DNA from: Eukaryota sp. TZLM1-RC
Lineage: Eukaryota > Protista > Metamonada: BaSk clade
Reading direction: 5' to 3'
Length of the DNA stretch: 64,000 bases
NCBI GenBank assembly: GCA_040285825.1
Contig: JAUPSS010000004.1
Coordinates: 5,981,784 to 6,045,783, forward strand
Shown: positions 21,627-34,000 of the stretch, one piece after another
Layout of the letters: every line of letters begins with the position of its first letter
Position numbering within the stretch: the first letter of the stretch is position 1
Translations under genes and position numbers: made by a program
The notes under the pieces: generated by a model
Seen by the model: only the letters and a program-made list of their open reading frames with translations
Told to the model about the DNA's origin: nothing
Databases searched by the model: none

Positions 21627-22838
21627 TTTTTTTTTAAAAATTTAATTTTATTCTAAACCTATAAATCAACATCTAAAAAATCCATCTCTCCCAAAACAAA
21701 AACACTAGATGCAACTCTCTCATAGTGAGATCCAAGAGAAAGCAAAGCATCAAAAACCATCTTCAACATCCCCTTAAAAATAGAAAACACAATTCTATTT
21801 TGCCAAAACAATCTGTTGAAATTTCTGCCAGTTCTTCTCTTTACAATCATTTCAAAATCATCCAAAAAACGTAAAGCAGTTGGTGCAAGTGAACCAAAAA
21901 GGGAAAATACAAATGGATACATATTGTATTTTGCATGCTGTAGACTGGCCAATTTGGACAAAGGTTCATTGTATTTTTTGAATTTAAAATTTTCAGCATT
22001 TGAAAGGGGATCATGAATTTCAGAATTAACAAGCCTTTCATTTGAGGCATTACAAGGATCAACAGACATTACATCCAATAAAATGAAGCTTCCATCTAAT
22101 CCAGGTAATATGACATCACCTCTATTATTCTTATGAAAATCATTTTCAGCATGAAACAGATTTGACAACAGAGGTTCCAAGAAGGATTCAATTCTATGAG
22201 ATTTACACATATAATATAACTGGTCTCTTACAGCATCATGAACCTTGCTTCTAAAAGTAATAAAATGTTTACAATTTAACAAATGAGTAGTTGTAATTTC
22301 TCGAGAACATTTACAAATTAAATTATGAGGTAAATTATCAGGCCAGATAAAGGAACGAAATCTCATATTCAGAGTCCAAGCAGAATCGGATAAGAGAGTA
22401 CCATAAACTTGTGGAATTGTTGTTACTAAGGCAGAAGAAGTACTGTCACACATATCTTGTAAAAGATTTGCAAAAGCGGGATTCTTTTTTTTGGCCAAGC
22501 CAAGTCTAACATCAAAATCCAAGCTTTCAAAAATCTTTGACAATTTTTGTTGAAGCTTTTTACAGCAAAACTGTAAATTAAATAGAGATCGGTTTGGAAT
22601 TTCTTGAATTGATTGAGGAAAACATTTGGTCCAAATTTGTGGCGGTAATTTTTCAAGTTCACAAGATAACCCATACAAATAGGGACTACAATTGGGGACT
22701 AACAGATGAGAATCATCAGGAAATCTACGAGAAAATTCATAAATAAAATTTTTGCCACCACCCAAGAATGCCGATTGACACAAAATTGAAGATTTAGTAA
22801 AACCAATACCACCCAAATTTGCTGAAGAAAATAAATTT
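21627..22838 (-). mobile_element. CRE-like non-LTR retrotransposon family B, 5'-truncated, ORF open
   Basis: LGGIGF thumb motif, CKC…HLLNC zinc finger, HDAVRD, EP, RGDV, DVMSVDP, K..KY, PFVFSLFG. Stop at 21659, followed by a short A-rich tail. Confidence 0.9.
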
Positions 22839-23171
22839 GATGAGACAGTAGATAATTGTTCAAAATTTGGAAGAAGTAACAACTAATTAATTTTTTAGAT
22901 GACTTAGGAAAACTTCATTACGCAGTTTAATGATAAGCGACTCTTGATTCAAGTGAATGAAGAAATTCTCCCGTCATTCACTTGATGATATTTTTAATAG
23001 GAAAAAATATTAGGTAATGTTTATTGTGCAGTTTAACAATGTGTCTGTTCCTGGAATAAACTAATCAATACTATTGGGATTTGTCTTGATTGATTAGCTA
23101 CATTGTTCACCAAAAAAGTGAAGTTTAAACAATGCATTGTAATTAGTTCAACTTTTGAGGCAAAAATGTAT

Positions 23172-23244
23172 TGCCCAAACTGAGAATCGAACTCAGGACC
23201 TTTCCCTTACTAAAGGAATGCTCTACCAACTGAGCCATTTGGGC
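23172..23244 (-). tRNA. trnT-AGU: tRNA-Thr(AGT)
   Basis: GCCCAAA/TTTGGGC acceptor stem, D arm TGGCTCAGTTGGTAGAGC, anticodon arm TTCCT-TTAGTAA-GGGAA, T arm CTGAG-TTCGATT-CTCAG. A T5 Pol III terminator follows at 23162-23166. Confidence 0.95.
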
Positions 23245-23459
23245 TGATGGATTGAAATTGTACACGACTGTGTTTCAAAAATCCATGTTGTTTGTTGAGT
23301 TGCATGAACTTTTGTCTTGTCTAGTGACAAGAACGAAATTCCTCATCAATGAGAATAATGGATTAAAAGCCAACCAACTCCTTGCCCTTTTCAAATGAAC
23401 AAAATAATACTTACTTAAAAACAATGAGCCAAAAGGAAATAATAATAATTTACATCAAA

Positions 23460-24650
23460 AATTCCTTATCATGCATTCTTTAGTCCTAAATTTGGTGGAG
23501 TTGGTTTTTCAAAAGCAGAGTATTCATGCAAAAGTGCTTTTATTGGTGGTATGAAAAATTTTCTTTTTGAGTGGAAACTTCGTTTTGATCATATTCCTTT
23601 GAATGAATCACATCCTTTATTAATTTCACTTGAATACATGGTGCAGGAACTACCTGTTGATGTGTGGAATAAGTGTTTTCCTTTTAGTTTGCCTTCTGTA
23701 CCTTCGAGATCTTTGACTAATCTTCATCTTGCTGTTGTGAAATTACAGAAGTCTGTTCTAATTGGTTTTGAAGACCTGGATTTCTCTAAACGACTAAGTG
23801 TGACTAAGATTAATAATTCCGTCTTTGCTGCCTTTTTGTCAGACATCCAGAATTGCACTAGTTTAATATCTCAGCAACCAAGGCCATTTGGTCTTCACTT
23901 AACAAATGAAGCTTGGAAACAAAATGTGTGTTTGAGATTGGGGCTGTATCCAAGTGGTCTTTTGGATAATTCTGTTTGTATTTGTAACGAAAAACCTACT
24001 GCCAATTTCCGTCATATTGTTAGTTGTAAGAAATTCCTTCAATATCGGTCAGTTCTTCATAATGCCGTTCGTGATGTGACATATGAGATGTTTAAGTGTT
24101 AGAATTTTAGTTGCAAAGTAGAACCGTTGTTGAAGCATTATAGCGATAATAATATGTTTAATTCACGTCGAGGTGATTTAATTGCTCCTTTTGTGGATTC
24201 TTCTCAAGTTGTTGTTGATTTTACTACAGTTGATCCTTTTGCTTTAATTTATCCTGATGATGTTTTACTTAGTTCTCATGGTCATTTAAACAAGGCTGAG
24301 GATCGTAAAAGAGACAAATATACTGAGATATTAAATGATTTAAATAAGAATCTTTACTCGAAGTTTTCGTTTGTTCCTTTTACCTTCTCGATTTTTGGCA
24401 ACATTGGACAGTCTGCCTTGAATTTTCTCAATGATTTTGGTAATTTATGTCTTTCAAATGGTAAGAATTTTGCAGGGAATTTATGGAAGAATCGTATCAT
24501 TTTTGCTTTGTACAAAAGTGTTCCCAAGTACTTAAATTTAATGATGTCCTAGCTGTATAAGGATTCATCAAGAGTTGGCGTGGATAATTTTGTTTCTTAT
24601 GTGTTTTAGTTTGTTTTGTTTTGTTTTAATTCTTCGTAGAAAATATAATT
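23460..24650 (+). mobile_element. CRE-like non-LTR retrotransposon family D, 5'-truncated
   Basis: FGGVGF, CICN…HIVSC, HNAVRD, EPLL, RRGDL, DFTTVDP, KRDKY, PFTFSIFG. In-frame TAG at 24100-24102. Confidence 0.85.
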
Positions 24651-24684
24651 AATAATTTACATGATACTAAAGAAAAATTACACT

Positions 24685-27323
24685 CTATACACTACGCAGT
24701 TCAGCAACATCTTTCAGAGCCTGACTGGCTTCTTTCAGCATTGCCACCATTTGCCTCAAATTCTGCCTTTGTTCTCTAACAGAAGGATCCTCATTGAGGA
24801 GCTCATCCAACACTTCTTGATCATAAATTGCGGCCATAAGTTCCTTTTCCATTAGCGTTTTGACAGGATTTACCAATGAGTACATGATAGCCTTGGGTAC
24901 TTGTCGTAATAATAAAGATTGAATATCATCCATATAGGAACAGACAGTAGTTCTGATACACTCAATATCATTCTGCTCGTCTGCTTCTGATGATCTGCAA
25001 GCCTTTCTCAATGCTTCCAACCAAACTTCATACTCGTCACTGCTTTCGGCAACAAGTTCTACTGTGGTTCTTCCGTGCAAAATAACTTTATCTGGATGTC
25101 GATGGCAAATTGAAAGGTAGAATTGACCAAAATCATCAATGAATTTTTCAATAGTTTGGGACACAATTTTCTCATCAGCCTGTTCTTCTTCTGATAATGA
25201 ATTAATGGCACATTCAGTAGCGGTTCTGACTAAGCAACCATCCAAAGAGACCAAGCCATTTGGTGAAATTGATTCAGGATCGTTAAAGTAAAACAAAGTA
25301 TTAGCTTTCAAAACAAACCAACGACGTTCGTATATTGTCTTCTTGCGATTAATCAATTTGGAAAACCTTGCACCAGATTTTTTCAGCAAGAAACCCTCAA
25401 GTAAGGTATAGGAATTAGAATTCAACGCAGCAGTTTTCTCTCTCAAAGCAGCTAAATCGATCCAAGACATTTCACACTCTACTAATTTTTCAACAAACTT
25501 TATTGTAGGATCAACAAAAGATGAAATCATTTCTGAACACGTTTCCAAAAGCTTGACCTTTAAATCAGAAAAATTGCTCAATTCGGTGATTCTTTCAGCA
25601 GTAACCTTGGTCTGGTTAACCAATTCCTTATAAACTTCTTGAACGCATTTAATAGAAGGTGGTACAAGCTGACTAATACACACCTTGATAGGACCACAGA
25701 AAGCTTGTTCAGGTATATGCAAGACAGAATTAGTTCCAGTGGTGTTGAGTAAATATTTTCTAATTTGGTCATCCGATAAACGACCTTCAATAGAAGCATT
25801 TCTAATGTCTTCTTTAAATGTTAATGAGAACAAATTCTTAATTCTTGCTCCACCCAATAATTCTGATTCGAACGAATGAGGTCCAGAAGCAACTGTATCA
25901 AGTTCTTGAGTATTACTGCCCTCTATTGTAGTAGTGAAATTCCGGCAAAATCGTTGAAGCATTCCAAATGCTGTTTGGCGTCTTGCAAAGTCAGAATCAT
26001 CAGCACCAAAACTACCCAACTCTTTTTCTGCTTGATCTAGTTTTTGGGTAACTTTGCGCCTAATGTCAGGCAAGCAGGACTTAATATGGCCGATAAGAGC
26101 GTTATTAAGCTTCTTTGCGAGATATAGGGTACCCATTCGTGACGCCACCGCACTATAAGCAGGATGTGATTCAAAAAAGTGCTGTTCATCGAGCCTGGCC
26201 GCGGCCATGTCTTTTTTCGAATTAATATCCTTTTGAGATCTGTTTACCACACCAATAAACTTCATTGGGTAAACCTTACCTTCCATAATATCCAATGCAT
26301 CTGTTCCTTCGTCCATTAAGTCAAGTTTGGTCAAAACTCCTATGGTGCGTTTTCCTTGAGGATCGACTTCTTTTGCTATTTCTAACGAATCAGAATTGGC
26401 CAGGTCAACATTCGCTGGAGACAAAGCTAGAATAATACAATTGGGCTGCGATTAGCGTGGAAAATATTGAATACTTTTGATATAAAATGTAGAACCATTT
26501 TTCTAATTTCTTGAGCAATATTCTGATCCTGGCCTGCTATGGAAATTTTGGTTAATCCAGGTAAATCAATAAGTGTCAAATCAAGAGCATTTGAGGAAAA
26601 CACCTTTAAGGTAATAGGCCTAGAACTAATGTTTTTAGTATTTTTTCCAACTAACCTATCAGTTTCATCAGCAATTTCCCGTTCAATTAAGCTAAAGTCA
26701 TAAAACTTCTCGTGTGAACAATGACTGAAAACTCCATAATCCTCAATAGCTTCAGGATCTCGAATTAGTTGCAGAATTAAAGGCCTTCTAGTAACAATTC
26801 CACTTCCTCTAGGTAGAAAATCTCTGCCGACGATAGCCTGTGGTTAAAATGGAAAAAAAATGAATGTACAAACCTCAAGAACAGAGCTCTTCCCTGCACT
26901 TTGGGATCCAACCACAGCGATCTGGGGAAGGTCGATGGGTGAGATGTCAACCTTGCTAAAGGCGTCTTGGAGCTTGTTAACGGCTAGAATTAGACGGGAA
27001 AGACCAGGTTCAGAATTATCGGAAGAAACTGTGTGAGCACCAGAAAGAACGGTAGAAGGTACTGTGGAAGCAGGGGAGTGTGTGGATGAGGGAGAGGAGC
27101 GTTGAACAGGCTTGGAGAGATGGGTTGAGGCTTGAGATTTGGTAGATGAAGAATTATTCGTTGTTTCTTTGGCCTGATTTAAAGAAGCAATACGAGATGC
27201 AACGTTGTTGGATACATTCGATTGTGGTGTGTGAGATGATTTAGTGTTAGATGAAGCAGGCGGTGTTAAGGTGGATTGTTGACGCTTTTGTTGGAGAGCC
27301 AGCTTCCAAGCAGGCTGTGTCAT
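24685..27323 (-). CDS. Dynamin with PH domain (GTPase-middle-PH-GED), 2 introns, about 857 aa
   Basis: [19 protein letters not shown]|[29 protein letters not shown] domain (EGFLLKK…RRWFVL…WLEAL) and GED ([11 protein letters not shown]). Introns at 26838-26873 and 26446-26474. Confidence 0.93.
26446..26474 (-). other. Spliceosomal mini-intron, 29 nt (GTATTC...GCTAATCGCAG)
   Basis: Removal restores HFISK|[12 protein letters not shown] of dynamin. Confidence 0.9.
26838..26873 (-). other. Spliceosomal mini-intron, 36 nt (GTTTGT...TTTAACCACAG)
   Basis: Contains an in-frame TAA. Removal restores SSVLE|[11 protein letters not shown]. Confidence 0.9.
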
Positions 27324-27384
27324 TGCTTGATGTCAAGTAGCTTAAATGATAACAGATTATACAATTCGGGTTATTACATTTCTG

Positions 27385-29620
27385 TATTCATTGAATTTGT
27401 ACACTTAATTAAATTAACTCATAACTAATGGGACGACTATCATTAAACCAAGATTTCCTCTACAAAATCTTGATCTGCTTGCTGTCTAGCTAAAGCTTCT
27501 CTTATTCGATTGAAAAATCGAGGTAATCTATTAATAATGGCAAATTGAATCCGTGAACGCCATAAAAAAATATCAAATCTTCTCATTGTTTTTTCTTGCA
27601 CCATTTTTTGGAAGTCATTCAAAAAAGTTTCTGCTTCATCTGAGAATCTTTTATTTATCGAAAATGGAAAAGCAATAAAAACCAGCTGTGTATTTCTATC
27701 AGCATTAGCCTCTTCAATATCTTTTTCATATTTTCTATGTTTCTCTTTTGCTTTAAAATCCAGAGCAGCCACAGGATTAAGTTTTCTTCTGTGAACCAAA
27801 GTATCATTTGCAATATTACATGAGACAAAGTCAACAATAGCTTCAGAATTATCAATCCAATCACAGTATACATCACCTCTATCATTAGAACCAAAATTAT
27901 TCATAGAAAGTGTTTCCTTCAGCAGGGGCTCTTTGATACACGATATCCTTGCAGTTTGTGCCATATTGAAAACAGTGTCTCTAACAGCATCATGTAATGA
28001 AGAACGATAAGTTATCAATTTAGAGCAATTTAGAGCATGGCGCAAAGTGAGTTGAGGGGAATTCGAACAAATACATTTTTCTTTTGATAAAAATTGATTA
28101 ATGGGGATGTTCAAATATAATCTCATTTTTGTTACAAATGCTTCATTAGTGGCACACAATTTAAATCTTCGTGGTACAATGGTTACAAAAAGTGAAGAAT
28201 CTGACGACTTGTTTTCACAAACACCCTTTTCCGATAACAATGAGTGAAGATCTTGATTTAAAACAGACAAGCTGCATATATTATTATAAAGATCTTTTTC
28301 ATACATTCCAGTCAATCGTTTCTGTAATGTTCGAAGAGTGTACTTCAAATTTAAAACATTCTTTTCTGGAATATTGCCATTGAATGATGGGGGAAAACAT
28401 CGACCCCATTATTCTTCATCAATCTTTGAAATTTCTTCATTAAATGCAAAAACAGTGGAAATTTGCGTTGTCATCAATAAATCTTCCCAATCTGCAAATC
28501 TTTCGGAAAACTCAAAGATTGCATTTCTGCATCCACCAACAAATGCACACGAGGTAAGAATAGAAGTCTTCGTCCACCCTAAACCACCATAATGTGGACT
28601 AAGGTAAGCATGATCTGGAATTTGAAACATTTTACATCCCAGTAATTGTGACAGAACTTTTGCACGTAATTCATTAAACTTCTGAGCCAAAGGCCTAGTG
28701 ACAAGAGGATTTGTGGATCGAAATATATGATTGAAGTTGGAACTAAAACACAGTCTTATAATGGTAAATTTGATGTGTTTTTGAATATCTAAATTCATCA
28801 TTCGGTCAATTTTGTCGGAAATTGAGTTCAACTTTTCAAACAATTTTTTGGTAATTTCATCATTATTTCCTAAAAACGAACCCAAATGACGAATAGCATG
28901 AATAGAATATAAATTGGCTTGAATTTCAATACCATCAACTATTGTGGAAACTGGAGAATTCGATAACAAAACACATTTAAGTAAGTCGGAGACCAATTTT
29001 GGTTAATAATTCTTTAAAACTTACAGTTGCTTGTTTCACAATATTTAAATCACCAATAAGAACAACATCATCCATATATGCAATTATTTTTAGCGAAGGA
29101 AACATCTGTTGAATTTGCAATAAAATAGGATGAATGGCCAAACAAAACAAAAGAGGTCCTAACGGATCTCCTTGCTTTACTCCACTTGATGAACTCAAAA
29201 TGCAATTACCAAAATGTATATAAGAATATGTGCAATATGTTGATTGAAAATACGGTATTAATTCCGGCATATATTGCATTAGAGCACCATGGATACTGCG
29301 ACGACTTAGTGAATTAAAATCATTACTAAAATCCAATGACATACAAACATTGGATTCATTTTGGCGAAATAAATCATCAGTAGCAAATATCGCTGAACAG
29401 ACTCCATCTGTGGTATTAATACCATATTGAAAGGGCAATAAAATTTTTTTTGCTTTCTCATTGAACCTGCTTAAGCAACACGCAGAAAAAATATTGTGTA
29501 AGCTCTCAGAGACTGCAATAGGACGAATATCCATTTTTGAATTTTTGACAACTGCAGACAAACGAGAACTTCTTTTTTTTAGCAAAATCCTAAAATTTTT
29601 GATGATTAATTTCCTTCAAT
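27385..29620 (-). mobile_element. CRE-like non-LTR retrotransposon family A, longest copy, with reverse transcriptase
   Basis: RT motifs IRPIAV, QYG, LDFSNDFNS, GVKQGDPLGPLLF, AYMDD, GLRL; thumb YGGLG; zinc finger and RLE. One frameshift (about 28980) and one nonsense change (28409-28411). Confidence 0.92.
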
Positions 29621-30650
29621 ATGGCTACCTCTGTTCCATCGACTTCTTTGTGTGTTGGGGATTTGCATAGCGAAACAACAGAAGCTGAATTAAGAGCAAG
29701 GTTCAACACAGTTGCCTCTGTAACTCATTTGCAAATCCTGAAGTCTGGTGCAGTGTCTTTGGGACTTGCTTATATCACCTTCGATACTATACAGGATGCC
29801 CAAAAGGCTATGAATCGACTGAATTTCACCACTTTTCATGGAAAACCCTGCTATCTCACATTTGCATCCAGTGGCTTTCAGAAGCAACAAATACGAGGAG
29901 GCATATCTGAACTAGATTCGAATCAGCAGAAATCAGATACAATACGGAAACGATCTCAGTATACCAATTCTGTTCATCCAAAGAATAACAATGCAGTGGG
30001 AAAGCTTTTCATCAAGAATATCCACAGTGATATGGATGTTACCAGTGTACGTAATGAATTCTCGCAGTTTGGTCCACTTACATACATTCGCATCCGCCAG
30101 GACGATGAAGGACGCAATTTAGGATATGGTTCATTGAAGTACAACAGTTCTGATGCAGCTCAGAATGCTCTAGAACAAATGAATGGGAAGGAAATCACCT
30201 CAAGAAAAGACCCTGATATCAAATGCACTATCTCAGTTGAACAGTTTGTTCACGCCAACCAGAGACACAAGATGGTACGAGGAAAACGTGTTATCACAAA
30301 CACTTACTACAATAATCTGCCACCAACCATGACCGACGAGGAATTTGAACAGATGGTGACTGTAAATGGCAAACGTCAAGTAACCTCGACCGCTTTAAAA
30401 CTCCACAAAGAGAAGAATTTGAAGTATGGTTTTGCTAACTTTGCTTCGTTGGAAGAAGCTGAAGAAGCTGTTCAGGAATTGTATGGGTGTGAGATTGATG
30501 GGTACACTGTTTATGCAGACTTTCATCAACCCCAAAATGTTCGAAGCAAGTATCTCCAAAAGAAACACAATAGAAGATGCAACTAGTAAAGAGACTTCTA
30601 GTGAACAACAAATACCTCACAAAATTTTTGTTGGATCAGTCATCTTAACT
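29621..30650 (+). pseudogene. Divergent/truncated polyadenylate-binding protein (RRM1-3 plus start of RRM4)
   Basis: SLCVGDLHSETTEA…SLGLAYITF…LNFTTFHGKP (PABP RRM1), VGKLFIKNI (RRM2), TNTYYNNL…YGFANF (RRM3). Stop at 30586, but the +1 frame continues into KIFVG (RRM4 RNP2) and then degenerates. No MLLE domain. Confidence 0.7.
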
Positions 30651-31088
30651 TTCATTTTAAGTAAGTATTCTGTAAATAAAAAGTGGTTATTCTGTCTAAT
30701 TAATTGAAATGAGATATGATTATGTAAAATACTTCACTCATACACACCCCACAACCACTCTTCTTTATATTTGACCTTTTTGGGTAACGTTTCAAAATAC
30801 TCAATTCCACATAAGAGAAATTCCGTCTCCATGAATTTAAACTTTTTCCTCTGAAAATTGATAACAATGATGTATATTGTTTTACACCATTTGAAATACA
30901 CAACCTCACTAATTCAACTTCATCTGGATGAGCAGTTGTTCTTCATAATTATCACCTATTGGACGGCAAAGTATGATTTTCCTTCTATTGGTAAACCTTA
31001 CATGATTATGTCTAAATAAATAAAAGATATTGAAAGTTGAAAAATAAAATGATTTAAATAAATGACTATAAAAACTAAAAACTACATA

Positions 31089-34000
31089 CTAATCACTAGT
31101 AACGGAAAGCCATTGTTGCAAAGAACTAGAAACAACTGCAGGCAAAGCTTCCACATCCCGCAAAACAATGTAATAAGGAAAAGGGAAACTATCAAGATAT
31201 GATTGAACAGAAAGCTTCCCGTTCGGGAAAGTAACAGATTTGAGTGATGTAATAGAATCACGTTCTGTGGGACTATCAATTATTAAAAAGACTGTAATTA
31301 CCCCCTTTGAATGGGCATATCGAACAGTCTTTTCTACATCTTCTTGATTGGAAAACCTTCCATCAGAAATCACAAACAATAATTTTCTTGAATCGTCATT
31401 AGAAGTCTCAATGAATTTGACTGACTTTTTAACCAATAAGCTCATATCTGTCGCATCTTGATCAAATTTGAAAGAATCAATCATTTTTGATCCCAATGAT
31501 GATGTTATTGATGACGTCAGAGGCAAAGCAATCCGCACATCTTTACCAAAAGAAAGAGCCCCAACTTCACCTACTTCAGCATTGACTAAAGCATTGGTCA
31601 TCAGAACAAGAGTAACCAAAGCTGTGTGATCGGCATTGAACGACTTCATTGATTTTGAATCATCAATCGCAAACAAAATCTTGAAATTTCTCTTGGAAGG
31701 ATGGCTTCGTCGAAGCCAAATAGCATCTTTTTTGAAATTACTGGCAATAAAGGGAATAATTCGCTTCATGTTCAAGCGTTTTCCTGTCCTGAAATCCCCT
31801 TTCAATTTTGAAGCAAGCGTCGGTTCCAAAATAATTCTAAATTTTTCAGCAAGTAACAGTGAAGCTGTACATGTCTCCAAAGCAAGTGACGAGAAGAGAT
31901 CAGTATCTTGCGACGTATCAACTGTAGACATTGTACTTTCTACAGTTGAAAGGAGATCATCATCGACATTGACATCTGTCAGCTCCTTGGAATAAGCTTC
32001 TGTTACACCTTGTTGTTCAGTATCGGAATCTAATTGTTCATCCAATTCAGTATTCAGTTTAATGTTTTCATCTTTTGACTCTGAATTATTTAAATACTCC
32101 TTCTCAAGACCTGCTTTTTGCTCAAGATGTTCAGAAAGCTCTTCATTTTGGTCTTCATTTTTCTCCTCTTTGTGACCTTCTGGCTTATCTTCATCAACAT
32201 CTTCTTCATCATCATCCTTTCGAACGCCATCAACCTGGTCTTCATGAGCCGCAGCATTGGATGCCTGGTGAGATTCACTGGTGAATTCATAAAGATCATT
32301 TGATTCCATCTCCTGGGATTCATCATTTTGATTAGACTCCTCTTTATTATTTAAAATTTCCAAATTTTTCATCATTTCAACTGCATTTTCGACAATTTTT
32401 CGTTCAAGATCAATTGTATTTTGCTGGCCTTGTGAACCATCCATCTTGCCTGATTGTGTCGTATTCGAATCCTGACCATTCTCCATTTGTTCAAGCTCGA
32501 CTTCTTTTTCACCACCAATGTTCTCTTCTTCCTTATGGTCATTGCTGGTAGGATCGTGTCCCTTGTGCTGCTCACTGACTTCTGCACCGTCTTGGCCCTG
32601 TTCCATAACGTCACGGGCAGGGTCGTAGTTGATCTCTTCCTTGTCTGACGAGTCAAAATTTTCATCATCATCCTCATTATTTAGAGTGTCTTCCATTTCG
32701 TCTCCACTGACTTGTTCTAAATCAGATTCCTCTGATCCTTCTGCTTGATCATCATCAGCAGAAACATCATCAATCGCATCATCAACCACGTCATCCAGGT
32801 CGGAAGTTACGTCATTAGGGTCAGAAAGATGATTGGCATTATCTTGGGGGTTATGGTCCATTTCTATTTCTTCTTCACTATCCACTTCTTCCATTTCCAT
32901 TTGTCCTTCATCATTATTACCTTCATCACCTTGTTCCTTCTCATTTTCATTTTCGTGTTCGTCCTTCGCTGCAAGCTCTTCTTCCTCGCCTTCAGCTTTA
33001 CCCCCAGTCTCTTCCTTGTTGGTTGAATCATCATCATCTGCTTTACCCTCCATTCTGTCTTCTTCTTCCTCAACGTCACCAAATTCGTCATTCTTATCCT
33101 CCTGGTTCTGTTGTTCCTGTTCCTTTTCATCATTTTCCTCTGTTTGTTCATCTTGCCCTTTAGAAGTTGTTCCATCGAAATCTTCCTCAATATCCATACC
33201 TTTTGAGGATTGATCTTGGTTTTCAGTTTCATTCTGATCTTCGCCTTCCAGACCTAGTAACTGTTCCTTATCCTCTAGTTCATCAGTTACATCCTGAGCT
33301 CCATCTACTGTATCTCCCTCTCCCAAACCAGTTCCTTCCATTTCTTGCTCTTGTTCTTCAGTAGGTTGTTCCTCCTGAGGTTTACAGAATCCCTTGTTTG
33401 AGAGCTCTAAAAATAACCCAGTCAGAATGTAACCACATTTAGATAGAGTTCGATGGTAAATAAACAAATTGTGGAAAACGTCACTTGTTTGAGATAAAAA
33501 GTTGGAATAACAAAGTGAATTCATTGAGAAAGATTGGTTTGATGATAATATTTGCTGTGAAAATGATACTAAAGCATTGACTTTGTTGGAAACATCATCT
33601 AAACTGCTGATTTCCACTTGTTGATTGTAATCAATCTGAGTTGATGGATTTAAAATAAGACTGGTGTTAGTAAAGATTTGTTCAAATGAAGAAAGAGAGT
33701 CAACAAAAGGTTTAAATAAAATTGATCCATCAATCAGCTCAATAAATTCATCAAGACATTGGATGACTTCACCTTTAAATTTTTCAATTCTGTTCACCGT
33801 GAATTCAGTGAATATTCTGAACTGTACCTTTGGTCTCATAAAATCCAAGACCGAATTGGTTAATTTAACAAAAGAATTCAGCTTGGTAGTTAAATCATTT
33901 GAAAGTAAAGCAGTATTATTCTCATAAACAAATGAAAATTGAATTAAAACAGATGAAAGAGATTCAAAATTGACAAAAATATGATTAAAAGCATGATTAC

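Noticed and set aside
22838-23460. Retroelements on both sides of tRNA-Thr suggesting tRNA-targeted insertion
   Set aside because: Both present their truncated 5' ends 200-330 bp away, and the same kinds of element occur throughout the window.
27373-27382. ATTACATTTC beside a family A end, also at 6756-6765, as a possible target motif
   Set aside because: Opposite orientation relative to the element at the two sites, and not seen at other junctions.
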